Positions 9,529 to 22,993 are shown, counted from the stretch's first letter. The stretch is DNA of 64,000 bases from Pirellulales bacterium (GCA_040901675.1 JBBDYJ010000041.1:1-64000), one strand, 5' to 3'. Made by a program: numbers and translations. The notes: a model not told the origin generated them from the letters alone.

Positions 9529-11247
9529 GTGGGGATATTGCCCAAAGTGGCCACCGGAATCTACGGAGGATGGGTGAGCCTGGCGACCCGGATTTCGTTC
9601 GTTAGCGTTGTAGTACTAGCTGCCATGCGGCCAGGCCGGCTTTTGCTCGCCGTGACTGTGCTGGGCGCTTGCTTGCGTCTGTACGGCCTGGGCGACGAAG
9701 GCATGACAAATGACGAGGCGTTCTCCTGGCGCGTCTCAAAGGCGTCATTTCTCGGGCTAGTTTCGCGAGTCGCGGATGACACTCATCCGCCCGGCCACTT
9801 TCTATTATTGAAGGTCTGGACGGAAATTGCGGGAGATTCTCTAATTATGTTGCGCCTGTTGTCTGTGGTTTGCGGCGTGGTTCTTATACCAGCCGTCTAT
9901 TGCATGGTAAGAGACTCGCTAACGGAGGTGCGCTCAAAAACACAGGGTCCCTTCGACGAGGTGGAGAAGCAGAGCGCGCTGGAATGGCACCAGAGGCCGC
10001 GGCATTCATCCCAGGACACATTGAGTGGATACGCCCACTCAGCTATAAGCCACTGGACCCGGGCAAACAGCTCAGCGCTATTGACTGCCGTGTTGGTGGC
10101 TCTGCACGCGGTACAGATTGAGCAAGCGAGGACCGCCCGAATGTATAGCCTCGGGGCGCTCTTGGCCACCGTAAGCGCTTGGCTTTTGCTCAGGGCATTG
10201 CGAGAGGGAAGGTATAATCGTTGGTTCACCTATGGCGTCGCCGCGGCAGGATTGCTTTATTGCCACCATTATTCTCTCTTCACTCTAGGCGCGCAGGCAA
10301 TATTTCTGGCGGGATGCATCGTCGCAAAGGCTCGCCATGACCCTTGTGGGGCGTTAGATACGGCTCGTGGAGCAGCCATTGGGTTCGGTGTAGCGCTGGT
10401 TCTTTATAGTCCCTGGCTACCAGTTTTCTTAGCCCAGGCAGATAGGGTGCGCGAAGGATTCTGGGTTCCGGAGATGACATGGCGCGAAACGTCGCGCTGT
10501 TTCTTCGAATGGGCAACGGGGCGCGAGCATTTGCATCTGGTAGAACAAATTGGATGGTCCCTGGTTGTCTGCACAGTCATCTTCCGAGCTGCGTGGCGAA
10601 CGGATTTGCCATCACTGTTTTTCGTCGTTCAGGCTGCGCTTCCATGGCTGCTCACGTTCGGTATCTCGCTTCTCGGCGACCGACCGATTTTTCAAGCGAG
10701 GTACTTCGCCATCTCGCAAATTAGCATAATGGGACTTTGGGGAGTGGTGTGCTGTCGGCTACCGCGTTGGTCAGAACGTGTTCTTTGGTCGAGCGTCTTA
10801 TTGCTTTACTGCGGCAGCGGGGGCCTCGCCGCACTGTCTGGTGGCACCTCGACTTCAACGTCAATAGCCCAAGCAGTGGATTGGGTAGTGGATCGGTATC
10901 GCCCAGGCGATATGGTCCTTGCTTCATCGCCCCAGGAGGTAAACCAATTCCGATATTACGCCGAGCGTCGTCGCATGGCCACCATTGACATTCGCTGCCA
11001 CGTGGACTTGTCCGCGCCTGGGCAGATCGCGCACGTTGCATCGCTCGAAGTCGAGGACATGGTCGTGTCGCGGCGATGGCAGCCCCCCTCGACAATAGAG
11101 CGCGTCTGGGTGACGCATTTGGCTCCAGCACCGTACCCTTTCTGGGATCTACGGACAGCCATGCACTTCGCAGGGTCAAAACGTGACAAGCTGACGCTGC
11201 GTTTGTATGTTCGCACAGCCCCGCATTCGCAGGACGGGGGAACGTAA
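9529..11247 (+). CDS. GT-C fold glycosyltransferase (GT39/PMT_2/ArnT-like)
   Basis: LRLYGLG..GMTNDEAFS, DTHPPGHF, LRLLSV, ARMYSL motifs and many TM helices; start uncertain (9529/9574/9625). Confidence 0.85.
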   Translation: MGILPKVATGIYGGWVSLATRISFVSVVVLAAMRPGRLLLAVTVLGACLRLYGLGDEGMTNDEAFSWRVSKASFLGLVSRVADDTHPPGHFLLLKVWTEIAGDSLIMLRLLSVVCGVVLIPAVYCMVRDSLTEVRSKTQGPFDEVEKQSALEWHQRPRHSSQDTLSGYAHSAISHWTRANSSALLTAVLVALHAVQIEQARTARMYSLGALLATVSAWLLLRALREGRYNRWFTYGVAAAGLLYCHHYSLFTLGAQAIFLAGCIVAKARHDPCGALDTARGAAIGFGVALVLYSPWLPVFLAQADRVREGFWVPEMTWRETSRCFFEWATGREHLHLVEQIGWSLVVCTVIFRAAWRTDLPSLFFVVQAALPWLLTFGISLLGDRPIFQARYFAISQISIMGLWGVVCCRLPRWSERVLWSSVLLLYCGSGGLAALSGGTSTSTSIAQAVDWVVDRYRPGDMVLASSPQEVNQFRYYAERRRMATIDIRCHVDLSAPGQIAHVASLEVEDMVVSRRWQPPSTIERVWVTHLAPAPYPFWDLRTAMHFAGSKRDKLTLRLYVRTAPHSQDGGT

Positions 11248-12629
11248 TGCCAGCGGCGCCAACCACCCAGAGCACTGACGCGGTGGACCAGGCAGTCGTG
11301 AAGGCAAGCGGCACTTGGCGCTGGAATGATTACTACCTGGAACTGGTCGCACGAGAGATCTCCACGATTTCCAGACACTGCGACGGCGTGGTCCAGTTCC
11401 GGCCGCTTGGCATTGATTCCGGCCACCTCCTCGAACGAATCGAATGCCCGCAAAAGCGTGTGGCTGCAATTGTTGATCAGGATTCCAACCCGTTTGCCGA
11501 AGCGGCACGCCGCCTGGTGGTGCTCAACGGCAACCTGAACCACACGCCCGACGTCCAGGCATTCTTGGCCGAGCTTCGAACCGAAGTGCGCCGTCGCGAT
11601 CGCGTTGCGGCCGTGCTCTATAACCCGTACCTGCACTGGCTCTATCGGTTCGCCAACCGAGTCGGAGTGCGGCGTGGCGAGCTGCCCCGCACTTTCCTGA
11701 CGCGGGCGGACGTCGACAACGTCGCAAGGCTTGCCGGGTTCGAGGTGGTTCGGGTTCGCCCGGTGGTGCACTGTCCGTTCCGCCTGGCCGGCCTCGGCAC
11801 GCTGGTCAACTGGCTCCTCCCGGCGGTGGCACTGCTGCGCTGGATGAGCCTGGCCACCGTAGTTGTGCTGCGGCCGATTGCGGCTGCGGAGCATCGTCCG
11901 TCGTTGTCGGTGGTTATGCCCGCCCGCAACGAGCGCGACAACATCGAACTGGCGGTGCGGCGGCTCGAAAAACTTGCCGTTCCGCGGCTGCAGTTGCTGC
12001 TGGTCGAAGGCGGCTCGTCGGACGGCACGTGGGACGAGGTCGAGCGCGTCGCGCGGCGCGCAAATGGAAGAGTGAGCGTGCGGTCCTTGCAGCAGCCCGG
12101 GCGAGGGAAAGCCGACGCCGTCCGGTTCGGTTTCTCACAGGCCACCGGCGACCTGGTGGCCGTCTGGGATGCGGATCTGGCGGTCGAGCCGGAGCTTCTG
12201 CAGCGGTTCTACAACGCCTATTGCCAAGGCCTGGGCGACTTCGTCAACGGCAACCGCCTGGTCTACCCGATGGAACACGGCGCGATGCGGTTTCTGAACC
12301 GGTTGGCGAACGGCCTGCTGGGCCGGATGCTGAGTTATGTCCTCGACGAGCCTCGGCTCCGCGATGCTCTGTGCGGGGCAAAGCTCTTTGCGCGGTGCGA
12401 CTGGCCGCGGATGGCGGCCTGGCAGGCCGAGTATGGCGGCCACGATCCGTTCGGCGACTTCGATCTCTTGTCGGCCGCCGCGGTGCTGGGGCTGGGCATC
12501 GTCGAGGTGCCGGTGCCCTACAGGGCCAGGGTCTATGGAGCCACCAACATCCGCCGCTTTCGCGACGGCTGGCAGTTGGCCCGGCTGCTGGTCCGCGGCC
12601 TGTTGCGAATCAGAATGGGCCGCACGTGA
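11247..12629 (+). CDS. GT2 glycosyltransferase (polyprenol-phosphate sugar synthase-like) with N-terminal degenerate methyltransferase-like domain
   Basis: SVVMPARNE, VEGGSSDGT, GKADAV, WDADL, DALCGAK, DPFGDFDLL, EVPVPYRARVYG. Confidence 0.9.
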   Translation: MPAAPTTQSTDAVDQAVVKASGTWRWNDYYLELVAREISTISRHCDGVVQFRPLGIDSGHLLERIECPQKRVAAIVDQDSNPFAEAARRLVVLNGNLNHTPDVQAFLAELRTEVRRRDRVAAVLYNPYLHWLYRFANRVGVRRGELPRTFLTRADVDNVARLAGFEVVRVRPVVHCPFRLAGLGTLVNWLLPAVALLRWMSLATVVVLRPIAAAEHRPSLSVVMPARNERDNIELAVRRLEKLAVPRLQLLLVEGGSSDGTWDEVERVARRANGRVSVRSLQQPGRGKADAVRFGFSQATGDLVAVWDADLAVEPELLQRFYNAYCQGLGDFVNGNRLVYPMEHGAMRFLNRLANGLLGRMLSYVLDEPRLRDALCGAKLFARCDWPRMAAWQAEYGGHDPFGDFDLLSAAAVLGLGIVEVPVPYRARVYGATNIRRFRDGWQLARLLVRGLLRIRMGRT

Positions 12630-13828
12630 ACGCGCCAGGATCGCAATCCGCTACGAAGACGAGAATTCGGCGATTCACGGGTTTCGTGCGATCGGATTCG
12701 GTCCGGCGCGCGGGCGGCATCGTGCTGATATGGCTGGTCTACGTGGTGGCTATTGAGGCCATTGCCAGGGCGGTGCACCGCGATTCGGCCATGTTCGCGG
12801 AAAACGGTCCCTTGCACGGCTTTCTGGCGGATCTATCGCCGGCCCCTCCACTGGCGCGGTGGGATTCAGTTTGGTTCTACCACATCGCCGAACAGGGCTA
12901 CCACGGCCGGGCGCCGGCCAGCCGCCACGCGCCGGGCTTCCTCCCGCTGTATCCGTTGGCCATGAGGGCCACGACCGCCTGCTTGGGAGGCGAGCTGTTT
13001 ACCGCCGGGCTGTGGGTCAGCCGGCTGTCTTTACTGGCCGCCATGTTTTTGCTGTCGGCCCATGCCCGGCATGCCGAAACCAACGACGCCGGATGGCCAG
13101 CGATCTTCGCGCTCTTGGCGTTCCCCTCGGCATTTGTCCTGGTATCGGTCTATTCAGAGAGCTTGTTCCTTGCGACGGCGCTGGCAAGTTTCGTCCTCGC
13201 CGAGCGCAAAAGGTATTGGCCGGCGGCTCTGGCAGCCTTCTTGGCGGGATTGACCCGAATCCATGCCGTGGCCCTGGTCCCCGCGCTATTTGCGCTCGGC
13301 TGGACCCAATGGCGCCGTGACCGGTCGCTGTCCGCATTCGCACCCGCCGCGGGTGGAATGGGAGCGTGGCTTCTGTTGTGTTCCTACTTCGCGGCCCAGT
13401 TCGATGATCCGTGGCGATACTTCACCGCCAAGCGAGAGCACTGGCGGATCGGATTAAGCAGTCCGTGGACGACCATCGACAATGCGCTCCAGCGCATCGA
13501 CAACGCGTTGGCGCAGGCTGACCTGGGGTCATTAACGGTGCTGCTCGAACTGCCGTGCTTGTACCTGCTGGCACTGGCTAGCGCCGTGCTGGCCGTGGAG
13601 CGCCGCTGGCATGCCTCGGCTTACGTCGCCTTGGGAGCCGCCCTGACGCTGTTCTCCGGCTCGACGTGGGGGCTGCCGCGATTCGCGCTCTTGCTGTTCC
13701 CGACATTCATCCTTATCGCAAGGCTCCATCGGCGGCCCGCGGCCTGGTACGTTTACCTTTTAGTGGGTTCGTTGTTGCAGGCCTGCGCGCTGGTAAACTA
13801 CGTGAACTTCCGGTCGCCTGCCCCGTAA
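12626..13828 (+). CDS. PIG-V/Gpi18-like integral membrane mannosyltransferase (GT-C)
   Basis: ARWDSVWFYHIAEQGY, FLPLYP, YSESLF motifs; GTG at 12626 overlaps the upstream TGA. Confidence 0.85.
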   Translation: MNAPGSQSATKTRIRRFTGFVRSDSVRRAGGIVLIWLVYVVAIEAIARAVHRDSAMFAENGPLHGFLADLSPAPPLARWDSVWFYHIAEQGYHGRAPASRHAPGFLPLYPLAMRATTACLGGELFTAGLWVSRLSLLAAMFLLSAHARHAETNDAGWPAIFALLAFPSAFVLVSVYSESLFLATALASFVLAERKRYWPAALAAFLAGLTRIHAVALVPALFALGWTQWRRDRSLSAFAPAAGGMGAWLLLCSYFAAQFDDPWRYFTAKREHWRIGLSSPWTTIDNALQRIDNALAQADLGSLTVLLELPCLYLLALASAVLAVERRWHASAYVALGAALTLFSGSTWGLPRFALLLFPTFILIARLHRRPAAWYVYLLVGSLLQACALVNYVNFRSPAP

Positions 13829-13872
13829 GTGAAACCGATTGCCGAAAGCCGCCAGAAAAGAGAAAAGCAGCC

Positions 13873-14886
13873 ATTTTTCTGACCCACTTCGCCGACTTTC
13901 AGCTTCATCGAAACCTGAAGCACCTGATCGTCCACGTGACGAATCACTGCAATTTCAGGTGCCGGCACTGCTTCATCGATTTTTCGCCGAAACGGGATCT
14001 CCCCCTAGAGGTCTACCAGACGCTCGCCCGCGACGTTGGCCGACTGTTCTGGCTCGACATTGGCGGCGGCGAGCCCTTCCTGCGCAACGACATCGTCGAG
14101 ATCGTGCGCGCCTTCGACGCCGACGTGGTCACCATTCCGACCAATGGATTCTTCGTCGAGCGGACTATCGAGGCCACCCGAGAGATTCGGGAGCATATCG
14201 CCGGGGAGCTGACAGTCGCCATCAGCATTGACGGGTTGCAATCCACGCACGATCGGATCCGGCAAGCAGGAAGCTGGAACACACTCTGGACCACATTTGA
14301 AGAGTTGAGGACGATCCCCAACGTGCGGGTCAAGATCAACACGGTGCTCTGCAAAGAGAACTTTTGCGAAATCGTCGAGCTCATGGAGCTTGTCTATCAA
14401 CGACGGCCCGATTTCCACTCGATTATCCTCTTGCGGGGCAACCCCATCGACCCCACTTACGGCCTTCCCTCATTCGAGGAGTTGCACCGGATTCAAGAGG
14501 CGCTGTTCGAGATCCTGCGGCGCTACGATTACGGGCAGAAGAGCCTGACGAGCCGGATGCTGAGGAACTACCATCGCTATCTGTGGAACCTCTCGCTGGC
14601 CACGCTGAAGCAGCGCACCCAGGTGATCCCCTGCCTGGCAGGACAGGCCCATGCGGTGGTTATGGGAAACGGAGACGTCAGCTCGTGCGAAATGCTGCCA
14701 CCCGTTGGCAATCTCAAGGAGGCATCCTGGCAAACGATCTGGAAGGGCCACGAAATGAACCGGCAGCGGCAGTCGATCAAGGACAAGCAGTGCCATTGCA
14801 CCCACAACTGCGCGATGTTGGACAGCATCCTCTACCGGCCCAGCAGCTACGGACCGCTCCTGGCCGGAGTGGAGCTTCAAACGTAG
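13873..14886 (+). CDS. Radical SAM protein with C-terminal SPASM/Twitch domain (start codon uncertain)
   Basis: VTNHCNFRCRHC, GGGEPFLR, ISIDG, PCLAG...GDVSSCE...CHCTHNC; no in-frame ATG/GTG between the upstream stop and the conserved region, so the start is approximate. Confidence 0.85.
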   Translation: MFLTHFADFQLHRNLKHLIVHVTNHCNFRCRHCFIDFSPKRDLPLEVYQTLARDVGRLFWLDIGGGEPFLRNDIVEIVRAFDADVVTIPTNGFFVERTIEATREIREHIAGELTVAISIDGLQSTHDRIRQAGSWNTLWTTFEELRTIPNVRVKINTVLCKENFCEIVELMELVYQRRPDFHSIILLRGNPIDPTYGLPSFEELHRIQEALFEILRRYDYGQKSLTSRMLRNYHRYLWNLSLATLKQRTQVIPCLAGQAHAVVMGNGDVSSCEMLPPVGNLKEASWQTIWKGHEMNRQRQSIKDKQCHCTHNCAMLDSILYRPSSYGPLLAGVELQT

Positions 14887-14898
14887 ATCGAAAACCTG

Positions 14899-15501
14899 AT
14901 GGAAACTCGCTCGAAAATCGCCGTGATCGGCCCGTTCTTCAATGCGTCGAGGCATGTCGATAGTTGGCTCGATGGCCTTTCCGCTCAGACGTATTCCAAC
15001 TTCAAGGTCTACCTGGTGGACGATCACTCCACCGACGATACCCTCGAACGCATGCAGGCACGCCTCGGCGGCTTGCCGGTGCACGCCGAGATACTGACGC
15101 TGCCGGCGAATTCCGGTCCGTCGGTCGCTCGGAACCGGGGAATCCGGAAAGCGCTCGCCGAAGGCACCCAAATCGTCCTGCTGCTCGATAGCGACTGTCG
15201 CGTAGAGCTGGTGATGGCGCTCGTGCCACCAATCGCCATCGCCAATGTTCTTCTGGTCCTTGTCCAGTACGCCCGCCACGCACCACGTGCCTGGCTCTAT
15301 CTGCCTTGGATTTGCCTTCTGAAGTGGGCCAATGCCGTCGGCGTCTACCGCGGGTACGTTTCGCCGGAGCTATGCCTGAGAAAGACTCTGGTGCCCGAGT
15401 CACGGGGCTCAGGCGGCCTCGCGACCAGCGATGCTCTGCCGGGCCGGCTCGACCAACGGATCGAGCAAGTCCAACGTGCGGCCGGCCGCGCCAAGCTGTG
15501 A
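14899..15501 (+). pseudogene. GT2 glycosyltransferase with apparent in-frame internal deletion
   Basis: VIGPFFNAS...VDDHSTD...GPSVARNRG...LLDSDC is followed immediately by C-terminal TM helices; the catalytic second half is missing; 3' end overlaps waaA. Confidence 0.6.
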
Positions 15502-16722
15502 AGCGACTAGCTGCTGCGCCCGCCCACCGAGCGACTCGGCAAACGCCGGGTCGGCCAGGCAGAGGTCGACAAAGGCGGCGAGCTGCGCGCCGTCGTGGAC
15601 TTCCACCGCCGCCTGGTGGGCCAGCATGGCGGCCACCACGTCGCGGAAGTTGCGGGTGTTGGGACCGAAGCAGACGGCGGCCCCGTAGGCGGCCGGCTCG
15701 ATCATGTTCTGACCGCCGCGCTTGCCGAGACTGCCGCCCACGAAAGCGATCGCCGCCGTGCCCCACCAGGCGGCCAGCTCGCCGATGGCGTCGACCAGCA
15801 GAATCCGCGCCACCGGCGCGGCGGGCTCGTGATCCAGCCGGCTGCGAAGTTGCCACGGCAGGCCGCGGGCGTCGAGCAGTTGGGCGACGGCGGCAAACCG
15901 CTCCGGATGCCGGGGCACCAGCACTAGCCGCAGACGCGGGAAGCGGCCGCGGAGCTTTTGATAGGCGTCCAGGGCCAAAACCTCCTCCGGCTCCTGGGTG
16001 CTGCCGGCGAGAAACACGATGTCGTTTGGAGCAAAACCCGCCAGCGCGCGAAGCCGGGCGGTGGCCGGGTTGTTGCGGTCGGTCTGCGCGCCGTCGAACT
16101 TCATCGAGCCGGTCACGTGGACCGCCTCCCCTCTCGCGCCCAGCGTCCTGAACCGCTCGGCGTACTCGGCCGTCTGGGCCGCCACCAGGTCGATCCGGCC
16201 CAGCCAGCGGCCGACCAGCCATCGCAGCCGCCGGTAGCCGCGGAAGCTGCCATCGCTCAGGCGGCCGTTCACGATCGCCACGCGGGCCCCTTGCTCGCGC
16301 GCCGCACGCACCAGGTTAGGCCACAGCTCGAGCTCCGCCAGCACGAGAGCATCCGGCCGGATGCGGCGCATCGCCGCGCGCGTGGCCCAACTGAAGTCCA
16401 GCGGGCAGTAGAAGACACAGCACCCCGAGTACTTCTTTTTCGCCTGCGCGTAGCCGGTGAGCGTGCTGGTGGAGACCACGCACTCCCAGTGAGGCCTGCG
16501 GCGGCCGACCTCTTCGACCAGGGCGGCCAGCAGGTTCACTTCTCCCAGGCTCACCGCGTGCAGCCAAACGCAGGGCCGCTCGCCCTGGCGCTGCGGCACC
16601 AGGCCCAAAAACCTCTCGACAAGGCCGCCGCGATACTTTCCCTGTCGAAGCGCGCGCCAGGCCAGCCAGGGAGATGCCGCCAGCAGCAGGGCCAGGTAGA
16701 CGCAATTGAGAAGGTACGGCAC
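15409..16722 (-). CDS. waaA: 3-deoxy-D-manno-octulosonic acid (Kdo) transferase
   Basis: WLHAVSLGE, YCPLD, ELELWPN, GSMKFD, VPRHPERF, FVGGSL..GGQNMIEPA. Confidence 0.96.
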   Translation of the reverse strand: MPYLLNCVYLALLLAASPWLAWRALRQGKYRGGLVERFLGLVPQRQGERPCVWLHAVSLGEVNLLAALVEEVGRRRPHWECVVSTSTLTGYAQAKKKYSGCCVFYCPLDFSWATRAAMRRIRPDALVLAELELWPNLVRAAREQGARVAIVNGRLSDGSFRGYRRLRWLVGRWLGRIDLVAAQTAEYAERFRTLGARGEAVHVTGSMKFDGAQTDRNNPATARLRALAGFAPNDIVFLAGSTQEPEEVLALDAYQKLRGRFPRLRLVLVPRHPERFAAVAQLLDARGLPWQLRSRLDHEPAAPVARILLVDAIGELAAWWGTAAIAFVGGSLGKRGGQNMIEPAAYGAAVCFGPNTRNFRDVVAAMLAHQAAVEVHDGAQLAAFVDLCLADPAFAESLGGRAQQLVASQLGAAGRTLDLLDPLVEPARQSIAGREAA

Positions 16723-16758
16723 CGGGACATCCTTTCCCTGGCGATGTTACGCATCAAT

Positions 16759-16874
16759 GCAACTGGGGCACGCTTATCGCTTTGCCCCAGGCACCCAGCC
16801 GAAGAATTACTTCCTCACATCGCACCTCACATCGCAACTGGGGCACGCTTATCGCTTTGCCCCAGGCACCCAGC
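16759..16874 (-). repeat. Two identical 41-bp REP copies (family of 114-147) between secA and waaA
   Basis: GCAACTGGGGCACGCTTATCGCTTTGCCCCAGGCACCCAGC at 16759-16799 and 16834-16874; CCTCACATCGCA x2 in the spacer. Confidence 0.9.
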
Positions 16875-16909
16875 TCGCTCGACTGTGTCGAAGTTGTTTT
16901 CGGTCGTTC

Positions 16910-20617
<3,708 letters not shown>

Positions 20618-20763
20618 GGACCTCGGCCCGCCACGGGCTGCCGCGGGCAAGAAAAGATTCGGCCGGGCCACCCTGCGGGCCCGGCGTCGTTTATAATGAC
20701 GCAACTTTGTCCAGCCACGTAATTTATAACTTTTATTACGATGGGTCAATAAGGCTTGTTCGC

Positions 20764-21570
20764 ATGCTCCCCAAGTGCCCCCTGACCACCGACATCCGCG
20801 GAAAGCTCATCTTTCTCGGCACCGGCACCTCCGTCGGGGTCCCCGTACCCGGCTGCGATTGCCCCACCTGCCGCAGCCCCGACCCGCACAACCAGCGGAC
20901 CCGCTGCGGCCTGGTTTTGGGCCTGCCGGGCGGAAACCTGCTGGTCGACACGCCCACCGACCTGCGTACCCAGTTGCTCCGCGAAGGGATCGGCCTGGTC
21001 CACGCCACGCTGTTCACCCATGAGCACGCCGACCACCTGTTCGGGCTCGACGACGTGAGGCTCTTCCCCTACTACCTGGGCCACAAGCTCCCCCTGTATT
21101 GCGAGCAGCGGGTCGAGGAGCGGATCCGCCGCTCGTTCGACTATGCCTTCACCGAACAGCCCGAGCCCTATGCCGCCGCCGTGCCGCAACTGTCGTTCGA
21201 GCGGATCTCGACCGAGCCCTTCGACCTGCTCGGCTGCCGGGTGGTCCCGATGCGACTGCACCACGGACAGTTCCAGGTGCTGGGCTTTCGCTTCGGCAAC
21301 GTGGCCTACTGCACCGACACCAACCACATCCCCGACGAGAGCTGGCCCCTGCTGGAGGGGCTCGACCTCTTGATCCTCGACGCCCTGCGTCCGCGGCCCC
21401 ACGTCACTCACTTCAGCCTCGACGAGGCCGTGGCAGTCGCCCGCCGCCTGCGGCCCAAGCGGACGCTGTTCACCCACATGTCGCACGAGCTGGAGCACCA
21501 GGCCACCAATGCCGCCTTGCCCGCCGGCATGGAACTGGCCTACGATGGGCTGAAAGTGCCCCTCACATGA
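20764..21570 (+). CDS. MBL-fold metallo-hydrolase, PhnP/YycJ-like
   Basis: FLGTGTSVGVP..GCDCPTC, THEHADH, AYCTD, THMSH. Confidence 0.9.
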   Translation: MLPKCPLTTDIRGKLIFLGTGTSVGVPVPGCDCPTCRSPDPHNQRTRCGLVLGLPGGNLLVDTPTDLRTQLLREGIGLVHATLFTHEHADHLFGLDDVRLFPYYLGHKLPLYCEQRVEERIRRSFDYAFTEQPEPYAAAVPQLSFERISTEPFDLLGCRVVPMRLHHGQFQVLGFRFGNVAYCTDTNHIPDESWPLLEGLDLLILDALRPRPHVTHFSLDEAVAVARRLRPKRTLFTHMSHELEHQATNAALPAGMELAYDGLKVPLT

Positions 21571-21614
21571 CAAGCCCGGACGATGATAAGCCCAAACGAT
21601 GGTAAGCCCAGACG
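21567..21614 (+). repeat. Three tandem 16-bp imperfect repeats, each starting with ATG
   Basis: ATGACAAGCCCGGACG / ATGATAAGCCCAAACG / ATGGTAAGCCCAGACG. Confidence 0.9.
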
Positions 21615-22993
21615 AACTGCTGGCGCTTCTCAAACCTCACGGACAGGAACACGTCCTGGCATTTTGGGACCGGCTGTCCGGCAGCGGCCAGGACAGGCTG
21701 GCCCGGCAGATTCGCCGGCTCGATTTGTCCCTCATCGACCGCCTCTGGCGGCAGCAAGCCGGCAGCCACGACTGGGCAGCCATGGCCGCCCGGGCCTCCG
21801 GGCCGCCGGCCGTGCGGCTCGATGGCAGCGGCAGTGCCTTTTCGCCCGAACAGTGCCGGCAACGAGGCGAACAAGCCTTGGCAGCGGGCAAAGTCGCTGC
21901 GGTGCTGGTGGCTGGCGGCCAGGGGACGCGGCTGGGGTTCGACCATCCCAAGGGGATGTACCCGATCGGGCCGGTCTCGCAGGCTACGCTCTTCCAGATT
22001 CTGTTGGAAAAGCTGCTAGCGGTGGGCCGGCGGTACGGCCGCGCCATTCCGCTCTACCTGATGACCAGCGAGGCCACGCACGAAGAGACGGTCGGTTTTC
22101 TCCAGGACCATGGGCGGTTTAGCCTGGCGGCCGAGGACCTGATGATTTTCCGGCAGGGAATGATGCCGGCCGTCGACGAGCGGACGGGCCGCTTGTTGCT
22201 GGACCAGCCCGGCGAGCTGGCATTGAGCCCCGACGGCCATGGCGGCATGCTGGCGGCGCTGCGCAACAGCGGCGGCCTGGACGACGTCGCCCGTCGCGGA
22301 ATCGAGCAGTTGTTCTACATGCAGGTGGATAACCCGCTGGTCAGCGTCTGCGACCCCGAGTTCATCGGGCACCACCTCCTGGCTGATTCGGAAGTATCGA
22401 CCCAGGTGGTGGCCAAGCGCGACCCGCTCGATCGCGTCGGCAACGTCGTGCTGGTCGACGGCAAAGTGCGGATCATCGAGTACAGCGACCTGCCCGAAGA
22501 CGCGGCCCGGCAGCGCCTGCCTGACGGCTCGCTCAAGCTGTGGGCCGGCAGCATTGCGGTGCACGTCTTTTCGGTCTCGCTGCTGGAGCGGATGAGCTCC
22601 GGAGGGAAGCGACTGCCGTTTCACCGGGCCAGGAAAAAAGTGCCCTTTGTCGATCCCTCGGGGCGGCGGATCGAGCCGGACGGACCGAATGCCATCAAAT
22701 TCGAACAGTTCATCTTCGACTTGCTGCCCGAGGCCCGCAATGCCGTCGTGTTCGAAGTGGACGAAGCGACCAACTTCGCCCCCTTGAAGAACGCGCCGGG
22801 CTCCGACCGCGACAGCCCCGAAACCGTCCAGGCCCAGATGGTGGCCCTGCACACCGATTGGCTGCGCCAGGCCGGCGCCATCGTCGAGCCCGGCGTCCCC
22901 GTGGAGATCAGCCCGCTGTTCGCCTTGGATGCGGAGGAGCTGTCGGGCAAGATCGATCCCGGCCTGCGAATCGCACGCCCCTGGTTCCGCTGA
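21599..22993 (+). CDS. UDPGP-family nucleotidyltransferase (UDP-N-acetylhexosamine pyrophosphorylase, UAP1-like)
   Basis: VAGGQGTRLG..PKG, PDGHGG, QVDNPL, IEYSD, KFEQFIFD, FAPLKN. Confidence 0.9.
   Translation: MVSPDELLALLKPHGQEHVLAFWDRLSGSGQDRLARQIRRLDLSLIDRLWRQQAGSHDWAAMAARASGPPAVRLDGSGSAFSPEQCRQRGEQALAAGKVAAVLVAGGQGTRLGFDHPKGMYPIGPVSQATLFQILLEKLLAVGRRYGRAIPLYLMTSEATHEETVGFLQDHGRFSLAAEDLMIFRQGMMPAVDERTGRLLLDQPGELALSPDGHGGMLAALRNSGGLDDVARRGIEQLFYMQVDNPLVSVCDPEFIGHHLLADSEVSTQVVAKRDPLDRVGNVVLVDGKVRIIEYSDLPEDAARQRLPDGSLKLWAGSIAVHVFSVSLLERMSSGGKRLPFHRARKKVPFVDPSGRRIEPDGPNAIKFEQFIFDLLPEARNAVVFEVDEATNFAPLKNAPGSDRDSPETVQAQMVALHTDWLRQAGAIVEPGVPVEISPLFALDAEELSGKIDPGLRIARPWFR

Noticed and set aside
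13873..14886. Radical SAM/SPASM enzyme as the RiPP maturase of the Cys-rich precursor
   Set aside because: No RRE/PqqD domain, it sits among glycosyltransferases, and the precursor appears Sec-exported with an even Cys number; a sugar or lipid substrate is more plausible.
20690..20750. AT-rich secA/MBL divergent region with a CGTAAT...ATTACG dyad
   Set aside because: Likely promoter DNA, but box spacing is ambiguous and the dyad is too short to assign.
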